A DNA stretch of 35,690 nt from Armatimonadota bacterium (GCA_050010895.1 JBEKKD010000003.1:1-35690), one strand, 5' to 3'; positions 13,188-23,425 are shown, counted from the stretch's first letter. Notes: a model not told the origin generated them from the letters alone. Numbers and translations are program-made.

Positions 13188-14670
13188 CACGCCCCTGCCC
13201 CATGGAGAGCATCGACAGTGTGTCCTTCTGCATGGCACGATCCGAATACAGGAGGCCACAGATCAGCCAGAACCCGGACATGATCTGGGACTCGATGAGC
13301 GTGTTGTGAGTGAGGCCGTTCACCATGACGGTGCACGCCGCGGCCAGCATCGCGATGCTCAGCGCTCCGTCATAGTAGCCCTCACCGCGGCCGCTCTGCC
13401 TCGCCAGCCTGATTCCGCGCCCGATCACCAGCATCACCGCCAGGGCGAGCAGCGAGGCGCCCGGCACGCCGTGCTCGACCAGGGTGCGCAGGAAATCGTT
13501 ATGCTGTGCCCGGTTCTTATCGGCCTCTTGCCTGCGGTCCACTTCGTAGTACGAGCGCGGTGGCATGTACTTGTAGGCGATCTGCATATAGCCGCCCTCG
13601 CCGATGCCTGTCAGCCAGTTCCATTCGCGTGACCGCAGGATGCCGAAGCTCGCCTGGATGAAGCGCAGTCTGTCGTGCACGTTGGCCTGTTCGGCCACCC
13701 GATTCTGGAACCAGGACTGGCTCGATACCAGAAGGATGCCGGTGCCGGCGAGAACCGCGCATACAGCGAGCACCATCCCCGCCGGCCGACGCAGGGGCCG
13801 GTACAGGAACAGGACGAACAGACCCACTGCCGCCGCCAGCCACACGCCGCGCTCCATGCACAGCCCGATGCTCACCAGCGCCAGCCCGGCGCCGACTTTG
13901 AACCAGCCCCGGGAGCGCTCTCCGAAGCCGCCCATCGCGCCGTACAGATACAGCGGAAGCAGCAGCGCCAGATAGGCGCCCGCAAGGAACGGTCGCCCGA
14001 AGGCTCCTCCAGGCTGATAGAGGCCCTCGGCTTGGAAGACGTCGGAGACCTGCCGATAGAGGAAACTGCGGTGCAATGCCGCCTCGATGATCACGATGAC
14101 CGCCAGCAGCATGCCCGCTGCCAACTGCCACCGGATCATCTGAGCCATGCGACGGCGGTCAAGCATCAGCAAGCGCACCGATAGATAGAAGAGCCCCGGT
14201 ATCAGGATCGTGCGCGTGTAGGCCTTCGCCAGATCATCGTCCACTGGCCCCTGGTAGATCTCGAATCGTCCCAACAGCAGAAACACTGCCGCGATCACAT
14301 CGAACCACACCGGCTTGAACGGCTCGCGCTCCTTATCCGTTAGCCATCGGATCAGTGACCCCGCGAATAGAAGAACGGCCGCCGGCGCCATCACGTCCGG
14401 CACCCGCACGCCCAGCATCTGCCCCCAGCGTGGGATCAGAGGAAGCTGCACCAGGAATCCTATCAACAACTCGAGCGGCCGCGCGAGCGCGAAGACGGCC
14501 ATATTGAGGAAGAGCACGAACGCGATCCCGGCGTGGAAGCTGCGGCTGAGCAATGCCGCGGTCACCGCTGGCAACACCACTACCGCTCCCGCCAGCGCGA
14601 GGCGCGGATAGAGCCGACGCCGCTTCGGATACGCCGGCAGAGCCGACTTCTTAGCGACAGCGGCGTCCAT
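13162..14670 (-). CDS. wzy: O-antigen ligase/Wzy-type polysaccharide polymerase
   Basis: About 12 hydrophobic segments, ERGVW, GIGEGGY and HNDFLRTLVEHGVPG (Wzy_C). The start MDAAV overlaps the wzx stop (TGATG). Confidence 0.8.
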   Translation of the reverse strand: MDAAVAKKSALPAYPKRRRLYPRLALAGAVVVLPAVTAALLSRSFHAGIAFVLFLNMAVFALARPLELLIGFLVQLPLIPRWGQMLGVRVPDVMAPAAVLLFAGSLIRWLTDKEREPFKPVWFDVIAAVFLLLGRFEIYQGPVDDDLAKAYTRTILIPGLFYLSVRLLMLDRRRMAQMIRWQLAAGMLLAVIVIIEAALHRSFLYRQVSDVFQAEGLYQPGGAFGRPFLAGAYLALLLPLYLYGAMGGFGERSRGWFKVGAGLALVSIGLCMERGVWLAAAVGLFVLFLYRPLRRPAGMVLAVCAVLAGTGILLVSSQSWFQNRVAEQANVHDRLRFIQASFGILRSREWNWLTGIGEGGYMQIAYKYMPPRSYYEVDRRQEADKNRAQHNDFLRTLVEHGVPGASLLALAVMLVIGRGIRLARQSGRGEGYYDGALSIAMLAAACTVMVNGLTHNTLIESQIMSGFWLICGLLYSDRAMQKDTLSMLSMGQGRDDPVARSH

Positions 14671-16244
14671 CACTTCATCGTCTCCACGGGCGAGGTGGCC
14701 GGGTTCAGGACAGCGCCAGACCTCTCTTCCAGCGGCTGTGTCCGAGGCGCAATGAAGGCGAGTCCGGCCGCGATCTCCCACAGCCGTTTCGGGAGGTAAT
14801 CCTGCAAGAGGCGCCGGTCAGACGGGGCCATCACCCGCAAGAACGCGATCACGAAGGTCGGAAGAGCGATCGCCGCCGCCGCACCCCTGATCCAGCCAGG
14901 CAGGCCCAGCCACTGCGGAACCACCATGATTGCAGCCGCCGGGATCAACGACGTCAGGCCAATCCTGACGCCTGCAAAGTCGTACCGGACGGGCATGTCT
15001 CGCCGAAGCATGGCGTACCCGACGCCGCCGGCCAGGGCCAACGCGATAGCCTGGCCGACCGCCGCGCCCATTCCACCCCAGAGGTAGACGCAGACAGCCG
15101 TGAAGCTGAGCGTCAGCGAGGTAGTCATCATCTGCAGCTTCAGAGTGGCCACGGGCTGTGACAGGCTGAAGACATAGAACCGATGCAACCCGAACAGCGT
15201 GAAGAAGAACATATAGAGGCACAAAACGGCCAGGATTGGCCCCGACCCGGCATACTTGGCCCCCGCGTAGAGGCGGATGATAATCGGCGCCAGACCCGCC
15301 AGTAGACCGCACGACGGGATGAAGAAGAGGAACAGGTATCGCGAGGACTTGGTGAAACTGGCCGCCACCCGCTCCACGCCCTCTGTCCGCAGCTGGCTGA
15401 CCTTGATCACCAGGACTCGAAAACCGGCGTTCCCGAACTGGAACAGGTAGCTGACGAACTGATACGCCACGTAATAGGTGGCCAGATACCTCGGGTTGGT
15501 GAGCGCTGCCAGCAGCAGGCTGTCAGCATTGGTGTTCAGGTATGTCACGATCGACGTGCCATAGAACGGCAGCGAATAGCGGAGCAGGCTGCGAGGGCGG
15601 GAGAAATCGGAGGGTTCCACCGCGCCCCACAGGAAGCGCCGGAGGGGTATGGACGCGAGAATCACGGCCAGCAGCGAGGGAGTGGTCATGGCTATCACCA
15701 GCCCCCACCGCCCCGCAATGATATAGAGGGGAACGGCCAGCACCTTCCCCATGCAGCCGGTGACGATGTTGTTCAGGCTGACCTGGCCGAAACGGTTCGT
15801 GGACTGCAGGAGATAGCTGAAGTGGTTGGACACCGCACCCAGGAAGATACCGGGCGCGAGCCCGCGCATGATCGGCGTAAACTCCGGGGTCTTGAGCAGC
15901 CACCGGGAGAGCTGCGGCGCGAGGATCGCTGCGACCACCCCCATCACGGCCGCCAATGACACCGTGATCTTCAGGCACGTTCTGGCGATGGCGCGTGCCT
16001 CCGACTCGTTCCCGGCGGCCATCCGCTCGGGTATCAGCCGCTGCTGGGCCATGGTCAGTCCCAGATTGCTGACAGAAGCCGCAAAGCCGACGCACAGCCC
16101 GAAGATCGGATACAGCGCAAGTTCTTCACGGGAGATGCTGCGGATCAGCCATGCCGAGAATACGACCGCAACCGCCCCGTTCGTGAGTTCAGCACCGAAC
16201 AGTTTGCTTGCGTCTCTCAGTATGCGGGCGGACTCAGTTCGCAT
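14670..16244 (-). CDS. wzx: Wzx-type oligosaccharide flippase
   Basis: 524 aa with about 14 TM segments. LLRYSLPF, NADSLLL, YYVAYQF and GGMGAAVG fit the MOP flippase pattern, and the gene sits inside the EPS cluster. Confidence 0.85.
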   Translation of the reverse strand: MRTESARILRDASKLFGAELTNGAVAVVFSAWLIRSISREELALYPIFGLCVGFAASVSNLGLTMAQQRLIPERMAAGNESEARAIARTCLKITVSLAAVMGVVAAILAPQLSRWLLKTPEFTPIMRGLAPGIFLGAVSNHFSYLLQSTNRFGQVSLNNIVTGCMGKVLAVPLYIIAGRWGLVIAMTTPSLLAVILASIPLRRFLWGAVEPSDFSRPRSLLRYSLPFYGTSIVTYLNTNADSLLLAALTNPRYLATYYVAYQFVSYLFQFGNAGFRVLVIKVSQLRTEGVERVAASFTKSSRYLFLFFIPSCGLLAGLAPIIIRLYAGAKYAGSGPILAVLCLYMFFFTLFGLHRFYVFSLSQPVATLKLQMMTTSLTLSFTAVCVYLWGGMGAAVGQAIALALAGGVGYAMLRRDMPVRYDFAGVRIGLTSLIPAAAIMVVPQWLGLPGWIRGAAAAIALPTFVIAFLRVMAPSDRRLLQDYLPKRLWEIAAGLAFIAPRTQPLEERSGAVLNPATSPVETMK

Positions 16245-16274
16245 CGTTACCCGATCTCTGCTCCTGATTCATCG

Positions 16275-18434
16275 TCAGCTGGACTCTGCAGAATCGGGAG
16301 AATCGTCCTCCTCCAGTCCTACCGAAAATGCCTGCGGCGGCGACGTCACCGCAGCGGCCGCCATCTCGGCGCCTGTGGCCGCACGGCGCCCGCCGTAGTA
16401 GCTGTACGCGTAATAGCCCTGCATGTGCTCCCCACGCGTCTTGTTGATGACGACGCCCGCGACATTGGCACCCATGTTCGTGAGCTGCTCGGCGAAGCTG
16501 CGCTCCACCTCGCGCTGCGATTCGCCCGGAGCTACCACGAGCAAGACATTGCGCACGTGAGTTGCCAGGAAGGCGGCATCGGCGAACGCGCCGCCGGGCG
16601 CGGTGTCGAAGACGACGATCTCGGCCATCCCCCGCATCGCGGCGATGGCGTCACGCACCGGGGGTGAGCTGAGCATGCCAGACGGGCTTTCCGGAGTGCT
16701 GCCGGCCGGCAGCACCGTGAGGTTCTTGACAGCAGTCGAGCGCACGGCCTTGCTCAGCGCCACGGTTCCCTGGAGCACCTCGGTGAGACCGGGCTTGTTC
16801 GGCACGCCGAAGTTGAGGTGCTGCCGCGGCCGCCTCAAATCCGCGTCGACCAGCAGCACGCGGTGGCCGTCTCGCGCAAGTGTCATCGCCAGGTTGGCAG
16901 AGACAGTCGACTTGCCGGCTCCAGGCGCGGCCGCGGTCACCATAAGGGCCGATCCCCCAAGGGCCGATCCCCCGACAAAACGGTTCCCGTGGAACAAGTT
17001 GGCGCGCAGATGCTCATAGGGCTCGATCGCGCCGTCGGTAGGGCTCCCCCCGCCCAGCACGCCGAGCGGGCGAGCGGAGATGGGTATCACGGCCTGAACC
17101 GGCAGCTCGAGGCGGCGGGCGTCGTCGATGTCCTGGATGGTGTTATCCAGATAGTGCAGCAGGACTGCCAGCCCCATGCCGAGCATGAGCCCCAAAGCGA
17201 GCGACAGCAGCAACTTCTGCGGAGTCCGGCTCACGGAAATGCTGCCGGACGCGCCTTCCACGATCTGGATCGGGCTGCTTCCCTCGATCTCCCGCTCTTG
17301 CGCCACCATCTGGGCGAGCTTGGACTGGAACTGCGAATATGCGTTCATCGAGCTGTCACGCGCCAACAAAAGGGAGGCAAGCGTGGATTCGCGCTCCACC
17401 AACCCGGAGAACTGCTTCTCCGCCGATCCCGCGACCTGGCTCAATGCCTGCTGGCGCGCCCGGGCTGCTGCGTATTCAGTCTGCACCGCGATGTAGTTGT
17501 CGCTCATCGTTGACGGCACGCCGCTCAGCCGTCCCGTGAGTTTGCCCATGGCGGTGCTGGTCTGCTTCTGCAGCTCCTCCTTCGTCTGCTCGACCTTGCG
17601 CGCCGCCTCCCTGACCGCGAGGTGCTGGTCCGTGTACTTGAGCCTGAGGGAGGCGAGGTTGGCCTCATCGTCCGCCAGTTGCTGTCGCCACCGCGCCACC
17701 ATCGGATCGGCAGCAAGCGTCTCCTCGACCGCCCGGGTGTGAAGCAGGCCCGAGAGCTGGCTGTTCCACGCGCTGTCCTTGGCCCGGAGCTGCGCCACGT
17801 CGACCGCGGCAGTGGTCAGGTCGGCCTTGACCTTTGCCAATTGCTCGAGCTGAGACTTCGTCTCAGTATCCACTGTGGCGATCCCGGCCTTTTGCTTGAA
17901 CCGGACGAGTTCGGACTGCGCGCGCCGGTAGTCGGCTTTCGCCTGGGTGAGCCCCTTCTCCACGAACTCGCGCCGGCCGCGTATCTCGGCGACGTTCAGC
18001 TCCCGCCAGTAGCTGCCAAGCTCGGTGACCAATGTGTTCGCGGCCGCCGGAAGCTTGTTCTCTTTGGGTGACCGCACTGAGACTTTCAGCAGCTCCGACC
18101 AGCCGACTGGCTCAGCCGTCACCTCCCAGGTGGGATCCGTGTTCGCGAGCCGGAGGCGCTTTCGGGTTCGCGCCATCACTTCGGGGCCGGTGGCCACGCT
18201 CGCTAGATTCGCGATCCGCTCCCGAGTCTGGCCGGTCTGGCCCTGGTGGTCCTGCACGTTGAAGACCTGCGATGAGCCCATGCTCATCGACTGCTCCCTG
18301 ATCACCGCGCTGGCTTCGTAGAGGGGGCCCTTGACGAGCACCAGTGCACCCATCAGGCCAGTGCACAGCAGGACACTGATCAGGACCGTCCAGCGGTATC
18401 GGGCGAGGATGCGGTAGTAGTACCTCAACTCCAT
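16275..18434 (-). CDS. wzc: Wzc/GumC polysaccharide co-polymerase with tyrosine autokinase
   Basis: Start MELRYY with GGAGAG RBS. Two TMs flank a coiled coil. Walker A GAGKST, A' VDADLRRP, B FDTAP and C-terminal Tyr cluster GYYAYSYYG. Confidence 0.92.
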   Translation of the reverse strand: MELRYYYRILARYRWTVLISVLLCTGLMGALVLVKGPLYEASAVIREQSMSMGSSQVFNVQDHQGQTGQTRERIANLASVATGPEVMARTRKRLRLANTDPTWEVTAEPVGWSELLKVSVRSPKENKLPAAANTLVTELGSYWRELNVAEIRGRREFVEKGLTQAKADYRRAQSELVRFKQKAGIATVDTETKSQLEQLAKVKADLTTAAVDVAQLRAKDSAWNSQLSGLLHTRAVEETLAADPMVARWRQQLADDEANLASLRLKYTDQHLAVREAARKVEQTKEELQKQTSTAMGKLTGRLSGVPSTMSDNYIAVQTEYAAARARQQALSQVAGSAEKQFSGLVERESTLASLLLARDSSMNAYSQFQSKLAQMVAQEREIEGSSPIQIVEGASGSISVSRTPQKLLLSLALGLMLGMGLAVLLHYLDNTIQDIDDARRLELPVQAVIPISARPLGVLGGGSPTDGAIEPYEHLRANLFHGNRFVGGSALGGSALMVTAAAPGAGKSTVSANLAMTLARDGHRVLLVDADLRRPRQHLNFGVPNKPGLTEVLQGTVALSKAVRSTAVKNLTVLPAGSTPESPSGMLSSPPVRDAIAAMRGMAEIVVFDTAPGGAFADAAFLATHVRNVLLVVAPGESQREVERSFAEQLTNMGANVAGVVINKTRGEHMQGYYAYSYYGGRRAATGAEMAAAAVTSPPQAFSVGLEEDDSPDSAESS
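16944..16973. repeat. Perfect 15-bp tandem duplication inside wzc
   Basis: AAGGGCCGATCCCCC x2, encoding GGSAL-GGSAL. Confidence 0.9.
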
Positions 18435-18475
18435 GTGTCTTCTCTCCAGATCGCACCGGTGGGCCGGTGGGTGAC

Positions 18476-19174
18476 TTAGCGCGCCCCGCGCGTACGCAGA
18501 ATCGCCGGGAACGTGCCGAACAGGATGCGCAGATCCTCCCAGATACAGCAATTGCGAACGTACTGCAGGTCCAACGCGAGCGCTTCGTCGAACGACGTGT
18601 TCTTTCGCCCGTTGATCTGCCACAGGCCCGTGAGTCCGGGCTTCACCAGGAAGCGAGCGCGCAAGAGGGGATGATCGCTGTACAGGGCCCGGCTGAACGG
18701 CCGCGGCCCCACCAGGCTCATGTTCCCCAGCAGAATATTGACGAACTGCGGCAGCTCATCGAGGCTGGTGCGCCGCAGCAGGCGACCAACCCGGGTGACG
18801 CGCGGGTCGTTCGGGATGTCGATGAGAATGGGATTGCGATGTGTGCTGTCTGCCAGAAGCTGGGGCAGTCTCCGCTCGGCGTCCCTATACATGGTCCGAA
18901 ATTTGTAGAGGAAGAACGGTCGTTTGCCCAGCCCAGGACGTGCCTGCCGGAAGAGCACTGGACCCGGAGAGTCCAGCAGGATGGCAAGCGCGATGAACGG
19001 CCACGCCACAGCCAGGAGGCATAGTCCTGCCAGCGCCCCGGTGAGATCCAGGGCTCGTTTGGCCATCCGAAATGACAGGCAATCGCGGCGCGCCCGCCGC
19101 ACGGCGAGCGGGGGTGCGATGATGATTAGCGGCGCCGGCTCTGTTGACCACCCCCGCCGGGTGAGGGTTGACAT
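18476..19174 (-). CDS. Priming sugar-1-phosphate transferase (Bac_transf, small monotopic PGT)
   Basis: Start MSTLTR after AAAGGAG. Motifs KRALDL, GPVLFRQ, YKFRTM, DPRVTRVGRLLRRTSLDELPQ, GNMSLVGPRP and KPGLTGLWQ. Confidence 0.93.
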   Translation of the reverse strand: MSTLTRRGWSTEPAPLIIIAPPLAVRRARRDCLSFRMAKRALDLTGALAGLCLLAVAWPFIALAILLDSPGPVLFRQARPGLGKRPFFLYKFRTMYRDAERRLPQLLADSTHRNPILIDIPNDPRVTRVGRLLRRTSLDELPQFVNILLGNMSLVGPRPFSRALYSDHPLLRARFLVKPGLTGLWQINGRKNTSFDEALALDLQYVRNCCIWEDLRILFGTFPAILRTRGAR

Positions 19175-19232
19175 CGCGCGATCTCCTTTCAGCCTACAAC
19201 TGCGGCTACGTGTGTTCGGTCTGCAGCCTCTG

Positions 19233-20363
19233 CTATCTGTTCGCTTCTGCTCCCAAAGGTCCGCGCTGGTGCAATACCTCAGCATAGAGCCGTTCGATCT
19301 GATCGACAGCGCGGTCCCAACTGCGGTGCGTTAGCACCCATTTCGCGACATCCAGGGCCTGAGAACGAACGAGCGTGGGATCATCGAGACACGCCGTCAG
19401 CTTCTCTTGCAGATCCTCCACATCGCCGGACCGAAAGGTAAGGCCGAACTGACCCATGGCCTCGCGGTTGTTCGCAATATCGCTCGCCAGCACGAACCGT
19501 CCGTAGCTCATGGCCTCCAGCACCGAAACAGGGAGGCCCTCCAACTCGGAAGGCTGCGCCAGAAGATAAGCATTGCTCAGGAGTTCGTGCTTCAGATCGC
19601 CATTGACATAGCCCGTGAAGATGACACGGTCGTCCGCGAGATTCCTCAACGCACTCTCGTACCTGCCGCCATGCACCGCCGCACCGGCCACCACGAGCCG
19701 CATATCCGTGCGTATCTGCTTGTAGGCCGACACCAGATGGTGACAGCCCTTCTCGGGCACCAGCCGGCCAAGGAAGAGCACGTAATCGCCCCCGCTCAGC
19801 CCCAAGTCCCGGATCAGGTGAGGCCGGCGGACTATCGGTTCGCTCACGCCGGTCGGGACAAATGCCACTCGCTGCCCGTCTCGGCCGCTGTAACGGTCCA
19901 GCATCGCGGCCGAGACCACAGTCAGGGCATCGGCAGCGTTGAGGCAGACGCGGTCCGTCGCCCGCAGGCACGCCTTCGCTCCCATGCCCCATTTCTTGCT
20001 CTGCCACTCGAATCCGTGGATGGTGGCCACGATCTTGGCCGAGGAGATTCCTCGCGCGAGCGGCATCAGAGCCGCCGGACCCACTCCATGGAAGTGCAGG
20101 ACGTCGAAGTCGTCTCTGCTTGCCGAGAGCACGGAGCTGAACGTATGCGTGAGCGCGTCGAGGTGCTGAGACGAGATCCCCCAGCTCACGCGCCGCTCCA
20201 TCCCCCGGTAGGTCGGCGCATGATCGGCCTCCAGGAATCGAGGGCGGCAGTAGACGGTCACGGAGTGGCCGCGCTGGACGAGTCTCGAGCCCACCTCCTC
20301 GGTGTACGCGGCGATTCCCCCGATCCCTGGCACCGCCTTGACGCCGATCATCCCGATCTTCAT
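19233..20363 (-). CDS. Glycosyltransferase family 4
   Basis: MKIGMIG..GGI, FLGRLVPEKG and QPSELEGLPVSVLEAMSYG. Confidence 0.92.
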   Translation of the reverse strand: MKIGMIGVKAVPGIGGIAAYTEEVGSRLVQRGHSVTVYCRPRFLEADHAPTYRGMERRVSWGISSQHLDALTHTFSSVLSASRDDFDVLHFHGVGPAALMPLARGISSAKIVATIHGFEWQSKKWGMGAKACLRATDRVCLNAADALTVVSAAMLDRYSGRDGQRVAFVPTGVSEPIVRRPHLIRDLGLSGGDYVLFLGRLVPEKGCHHLVSAYKQIRTDMRLVVAGAAVHGGRYESALRNLADDRVIFTGYVNGDLKHELLSNAYLLAQPSELEGLPVSVLEAMSYGRFVLASDIANNREAMGQFGLTFRSGDVEDLQEKLTACLDDPTLVRSQALDVAKWVLTHRSWDRAVDQIERLYAEVLHQRGPLGAEANR

Positions 20364-21649
20364 GCCGTCGCACCCCCGGGAGCCCGGGGCTGGGCGCCCT
20401 TGCAGAGCGATTCGAACAGCCCCAACAGACGATCGCAGTGCCGGTCCTTGCTGAAGTCCGTCCGGAGCCGCTGGTACGAGCGCGTTCCCATATCGGCCCT
20501 CAGACCGGGCTCATCCAGCATTGCCTGCATCTGCCTGGTCAGCCCCGCTACATCGCCCGCCTCGAAGAGCAGCCCGCAGCCGTCGGCGAGCTGTTCGGGG
20601 ATGCCGCCCATGTCGCTGCCGACCACCGGCTTGCCATGGGCGAAACTCTCAAGAACACTCATGGGTGCGTTGTCGTGCTGCAGAGAAGGCACGACGGTGA
20701 ACAGGGCGCGGTCGATCAGCCGACCCAGTTCGCCCGGAGTCTGGTGGCCCTCGAAGCGCACCCGTCCCCCACCGTTCTCCGAGCCGGCGATCTGTTCGAG
20801 TCTGCTGCGCTCGCCGTCCCGGTCGCCGCCGACGATGAGCAGAGGAGGCGGGTTTTTGAGCTTGCCATAGGCCCGGATCAGCGCCTCCAGACCCTTCTCA
20901 CGCGAAACCCGCCCGAAATAGAGGATGCAGTCCCCCGAACCCGCCGCCGGCGGCACAGCCCCATTGAGGGGGAAGAAACTGGGGATATGCACGACCTTTC
21001 GCTCGTCGAACCCCCGGCGTATCAGCGTCTCCCGCATGAACTCCGACGGCGTTACGAAGAGGTCAACCTTCTCGTAGATGCGCAGCAGGCTGTGCACCCG
21101 CATGGAGAACACCCGAGCGGCGGTGGCGGAAAGCGATCCCTTTACGCACCGATGGACCAGGGCCCGCGTCCACCCACGATCGAGGCACTCCGTGCAGGCC
21201 CCATCGCCGCCCCGGTATAGGCTGTAGGATGCGCACACCAAGTTGTAGTCTGAGACTCGCATGACCACCGGGATACCGGCCGACTTTGCCGCGGGAATGA
21301 CGCTCGGCGACATGTAGTTGTAGACATTGTGAACGTAGGCGAGGTCGATCCCCTCGTCCCTGATCAGCGCCTGCGCCTTGCGATAGGCCTCTGTCGAGAA
21401 CGTGGCCCGGCCCACCAGCCTCATCACCGTCGCCGGGGTCCTGCGAATCTCGGCGTAGAACGCCTCGTCCGATCCGGCCGGCGGAGAGACGAAGTACTTG
21501 CTATAGGGGCTCGCGTGAGCGCGGTCGTATGCGATCGAGAACGGAATCCCATGGTGCCCGCGCTCCGCAAACGAGTCCATCAGGTTCAGGACATATGTCG
21601 ACGTCCCGCTGCCGCGGAAGAAGAACTTATGCGCCAGCATTACCTTCAC
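20360..21649 (-). CDS. Glycosyltransferase family 4
   Basis: GTG start. HNVYNYMSPS, Cys-rich DYNLVC..CTEC..HRC segment, YFGRVSREKG and PSLQHDNAPMSVLESFAHGKPVVG. Confidence 0.9.
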   Translation of the reverse strand: MKVMLAHKFFFRGSGTSTYVLNLMDSFAERGHHGIPFSIAYDRAHASPYSKYFVSPPAGSDEAFYAEIRRTPATVMRLVGRATFSTEAYRKAQALIRDEGIDLAYVHNVYNYMSPSVIPAAKSAGIPVVMRVSDYNLVCASYSLYRGGDGACTECLDRGWTRALVHRCVKGSLSATAARVFSMRVHSLLRIYEKVDLFVTPSEFMRETLIRRGFDERKVVHIPSFFPLNGAVPPAAGSGDCILYFGRVSREKGLEALIRAYGKLKNPPPLLIVGGDRDGERSRLEQIAGSENGGGRVRFEGHQTPGELGRLIDRALFTVVPSLQHDNAPMSVLESFAHGKPVVGSDMGGIPEQLADGCGLLFEAGDVAGLTRQMQAMLDEPGLRADMGTRSYQRLRTDFSKDRHCDRLLGLFESLCKGAQPRAPGGATA

Positions 21650-21731
21650 GCCTCACTCCCCACGTCGAGCCGCAGCCGACGAGCGCGCGGGCGGGTGAGA
21701 TCCCACCCGGCCCATGTGCAGCCCATCTCCC

Positions 21732-23072
21732 TCATGGGAGGATCCAACGCAGGATCGAGGCCGCCGACGCGACCGCGGACCACGTGCTGTTGCCGCTCGA
21801 CGGGTTCCGGCGCGGGATGAACAGGATGTCCCCGTCGCGCAGGGGGAGATTCTGCTTCATGTCCTGCCCGTTCAGTGTCTTCTGCAAGTCCGCTGCGACA
21901 CGCGTCGCCGGCTGTCCCCGCACGATCGAGGTATCCTGCAGAATGGCGTCCGCCGTGAAGCCGCCGGCGACCGTCACCGCATCCAGGCAGGTCGCCTTCT
22001 CCGGGACCCGATAGCGCCCGGGCTTCCCCACCGCACCCAGAACCTGAACCGTGAGCGGGTATAGAGGCACGATGACCTCATCTCCGGGCGCAACGCCTAC
22101 CGCCGATGAGTTGCTCAGAACCGTGGCATCCACCTCGAACCTGGCGCCGCCAGGGTGCACGACCGCGCAATGCTGAAGATCGGCTTCGTCAGTCGCGCCA
22201 CCCGCAGCCTGAATAGCGTCCTGCATCCGGATCGGGCCCTCTCTCTGAAGCCAGAACTGCCCGGGCACCCTCACCGCTCCTGAGACTCGATAGGAGTGCT
22301 CTGGAGCAGCGCCCAGGTAACCGACAGCAATAGTATCACCAGGCAGCAGGGGAATGTTCTGAGTCACGTCGCCTTTTTCGATGTAAGCCCGCAGATTCAG
22401 TGTCTTCACCTCGCCGTTGGCGCGCCTCACATACACGTGCTCCAGGTCATCAAGGCTGGTGCCGGGCGTAGCGACGAACACCGGCACAGGCGGAATCTGG
22501 TTGGCTGCCGGCGTCGCTGTGGAAAGAGACTGCGATGCTGGCTCGAGTGTCGAGAGCGGCTGCGGCGCCGGCGCCGTGCCGAATCCTGCACGGGTAACAG
22601 CCTCCATGACCAGAGCCCCGTTGTCCACCTCGTACTCCCCGGGAGTACGCACCACGCCGCTGACCAGCACGGTGAAACGGGAAAGCTCGACGGTCACGAC
22701 CGGGCTCTTCAGGAATTGCGAAAAGCGTTCGGTTAGGCGCGCCTGGGCCTGGGCGAGTGTCAACTGCTCGAGGGCGACCTGGCCGACCATTTGGTCACGA
22801 AACTGTACAGAGCCGTCGGCCCCTACACGGAACAGCCCCGTGTACGTCAGCTCGCCGACAGTGGTTATGCGCAGTGTATCGCCGGTCCGTACCGTGTAGA
22901 CGAAAGGCGCCGCCGAAGCCGCTAATGGAGCTGCGGGCTGAGGGGACGCTGGAGCCGCGGCATCTGGCGCGCCGGGAACGCCCGGTGCGGCCGCTGGGGC
23001 CGCAGCAAGCCCGAATCCCGCTGCCAAGACCGTGACAAGGAGCATGAGGAAGCTGCCACATATGAACTTCAT
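21732..23072 (-). CDS. wza: Polysaccharide export protein (Wza/OPX; Poly_export + 3 SLBB domains)
   Basis: GGAGG RBS and signal peptide. YTVRTGDTL..DGSV, three V.GAV..PG.Y SLBB repeats and LRDGDILFIP, then a C-terminal amphipathic helix. Confidence 0.87.
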   Translation of the reverse strand: MKFICGSFLMLLVTVLAAGFGLAAAPAAAPGVPGAPDAAAPASPQPAAPLAASAAPFVYTVRTGDTLRITTVGELTYTGLFRVGADGSVQFRDQMVGQVALEQLTLAQAQARLTERFSQFLKSPVVTVELSRFTVLVSGVVRTPGEYEVDNGALVMEAVTRAGFGTAPAPQPLSTLEPASQSLSTATPAANQIPPVPVFVATPGTSLDDLEHVYVRRANGEVKTLNLRAYIEKGDVTQNIPLLPGDTIAVGYLGAAPEHSYRVSGAVRVPGQFWLQREGPIRMQDAIQAAGGATDEADLQHCAVVHPGGARFEVDATVLSNSSAVGVAPGDEVIVPLYPLTVQVLGAVGKPGRYRVPEKATCLDAVTVAGGFTADAILQDTSIVRGQPATRVAADLQKTLNGQDMKQNLPLRDGDILFIPRRNPSSGNSTWSAVASAASILRWILP

Positions 23073-23390
23073 CTAACTGCCTCCGAAAACGCCCCGATTG
23101 CTCGGCGGGACGGCACCGTCTCTCGCCACGAGCCCTGACGGTGCTTGCTTGGGGGTCCCTCCCCGCCGCCATCATAAGCTTACAGGAAAGGCATCCGGCG
23201 CGTGCCCGCTTTTGCCTATTAATGTTGAGAATAAACCACAAACTGGGAGATCTTATCGGCGCTTGCCAGCCGCAAGATGGCCGCCGTACATATCGAATCG
23301 CGCGCCTTGGCTTGAATTCGTAACATCTTCTGGGAGTCTGAGGGGCTGCAACGGGCAGGAGCAACGTGGAATGCGAGTCGGGCCAGGTGG

Positions 23391-23425
23391 CAGCGAAGCG
23401 CCTTCGAAGGCGCTCCGCCGCTTTT
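23391..23425. terminator. GC-rich hairpin downstream of the SLH/PKD gene
   Basis: Perfect 18-bp palindrome AGCGCCTTCGAAGGCGCT (23397-23414) with extendable flanks. The T-run is on the + strand side only. Confidence 0.55.

Noticed and set aside
18435-18623. N-terminal extension of wzc in the ORF track (similarly for 5299, 12138, 13162, 18476, 26554, 27930 and 34039 ORFs)
   Set aside because: The extensions mostly overlap neighbouring genes or regulatory DNA, and downstream starts have better RBS, coupling or signal-peptide context.
19407-20870. 487-aa plus-strand ORF
   Set aside because: Antisense to two clear GT4 genes, with no domain signal.
21689-21713. Small hairpin between wza and the first GT4
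   Set aside because: Imperfect stem with no U-tract; too weak to call a terminator in GC-rich DNA.
23073-23390. Promoter, ops/JUMPStart or sigma54 site upstream of wza
   Set aside because: The region is AT-rich, but I found no GGCGGTAG, no GG-N10-GC spacing on the candidate TGGCAC-like site and no well-spaced -35/-10 pair.
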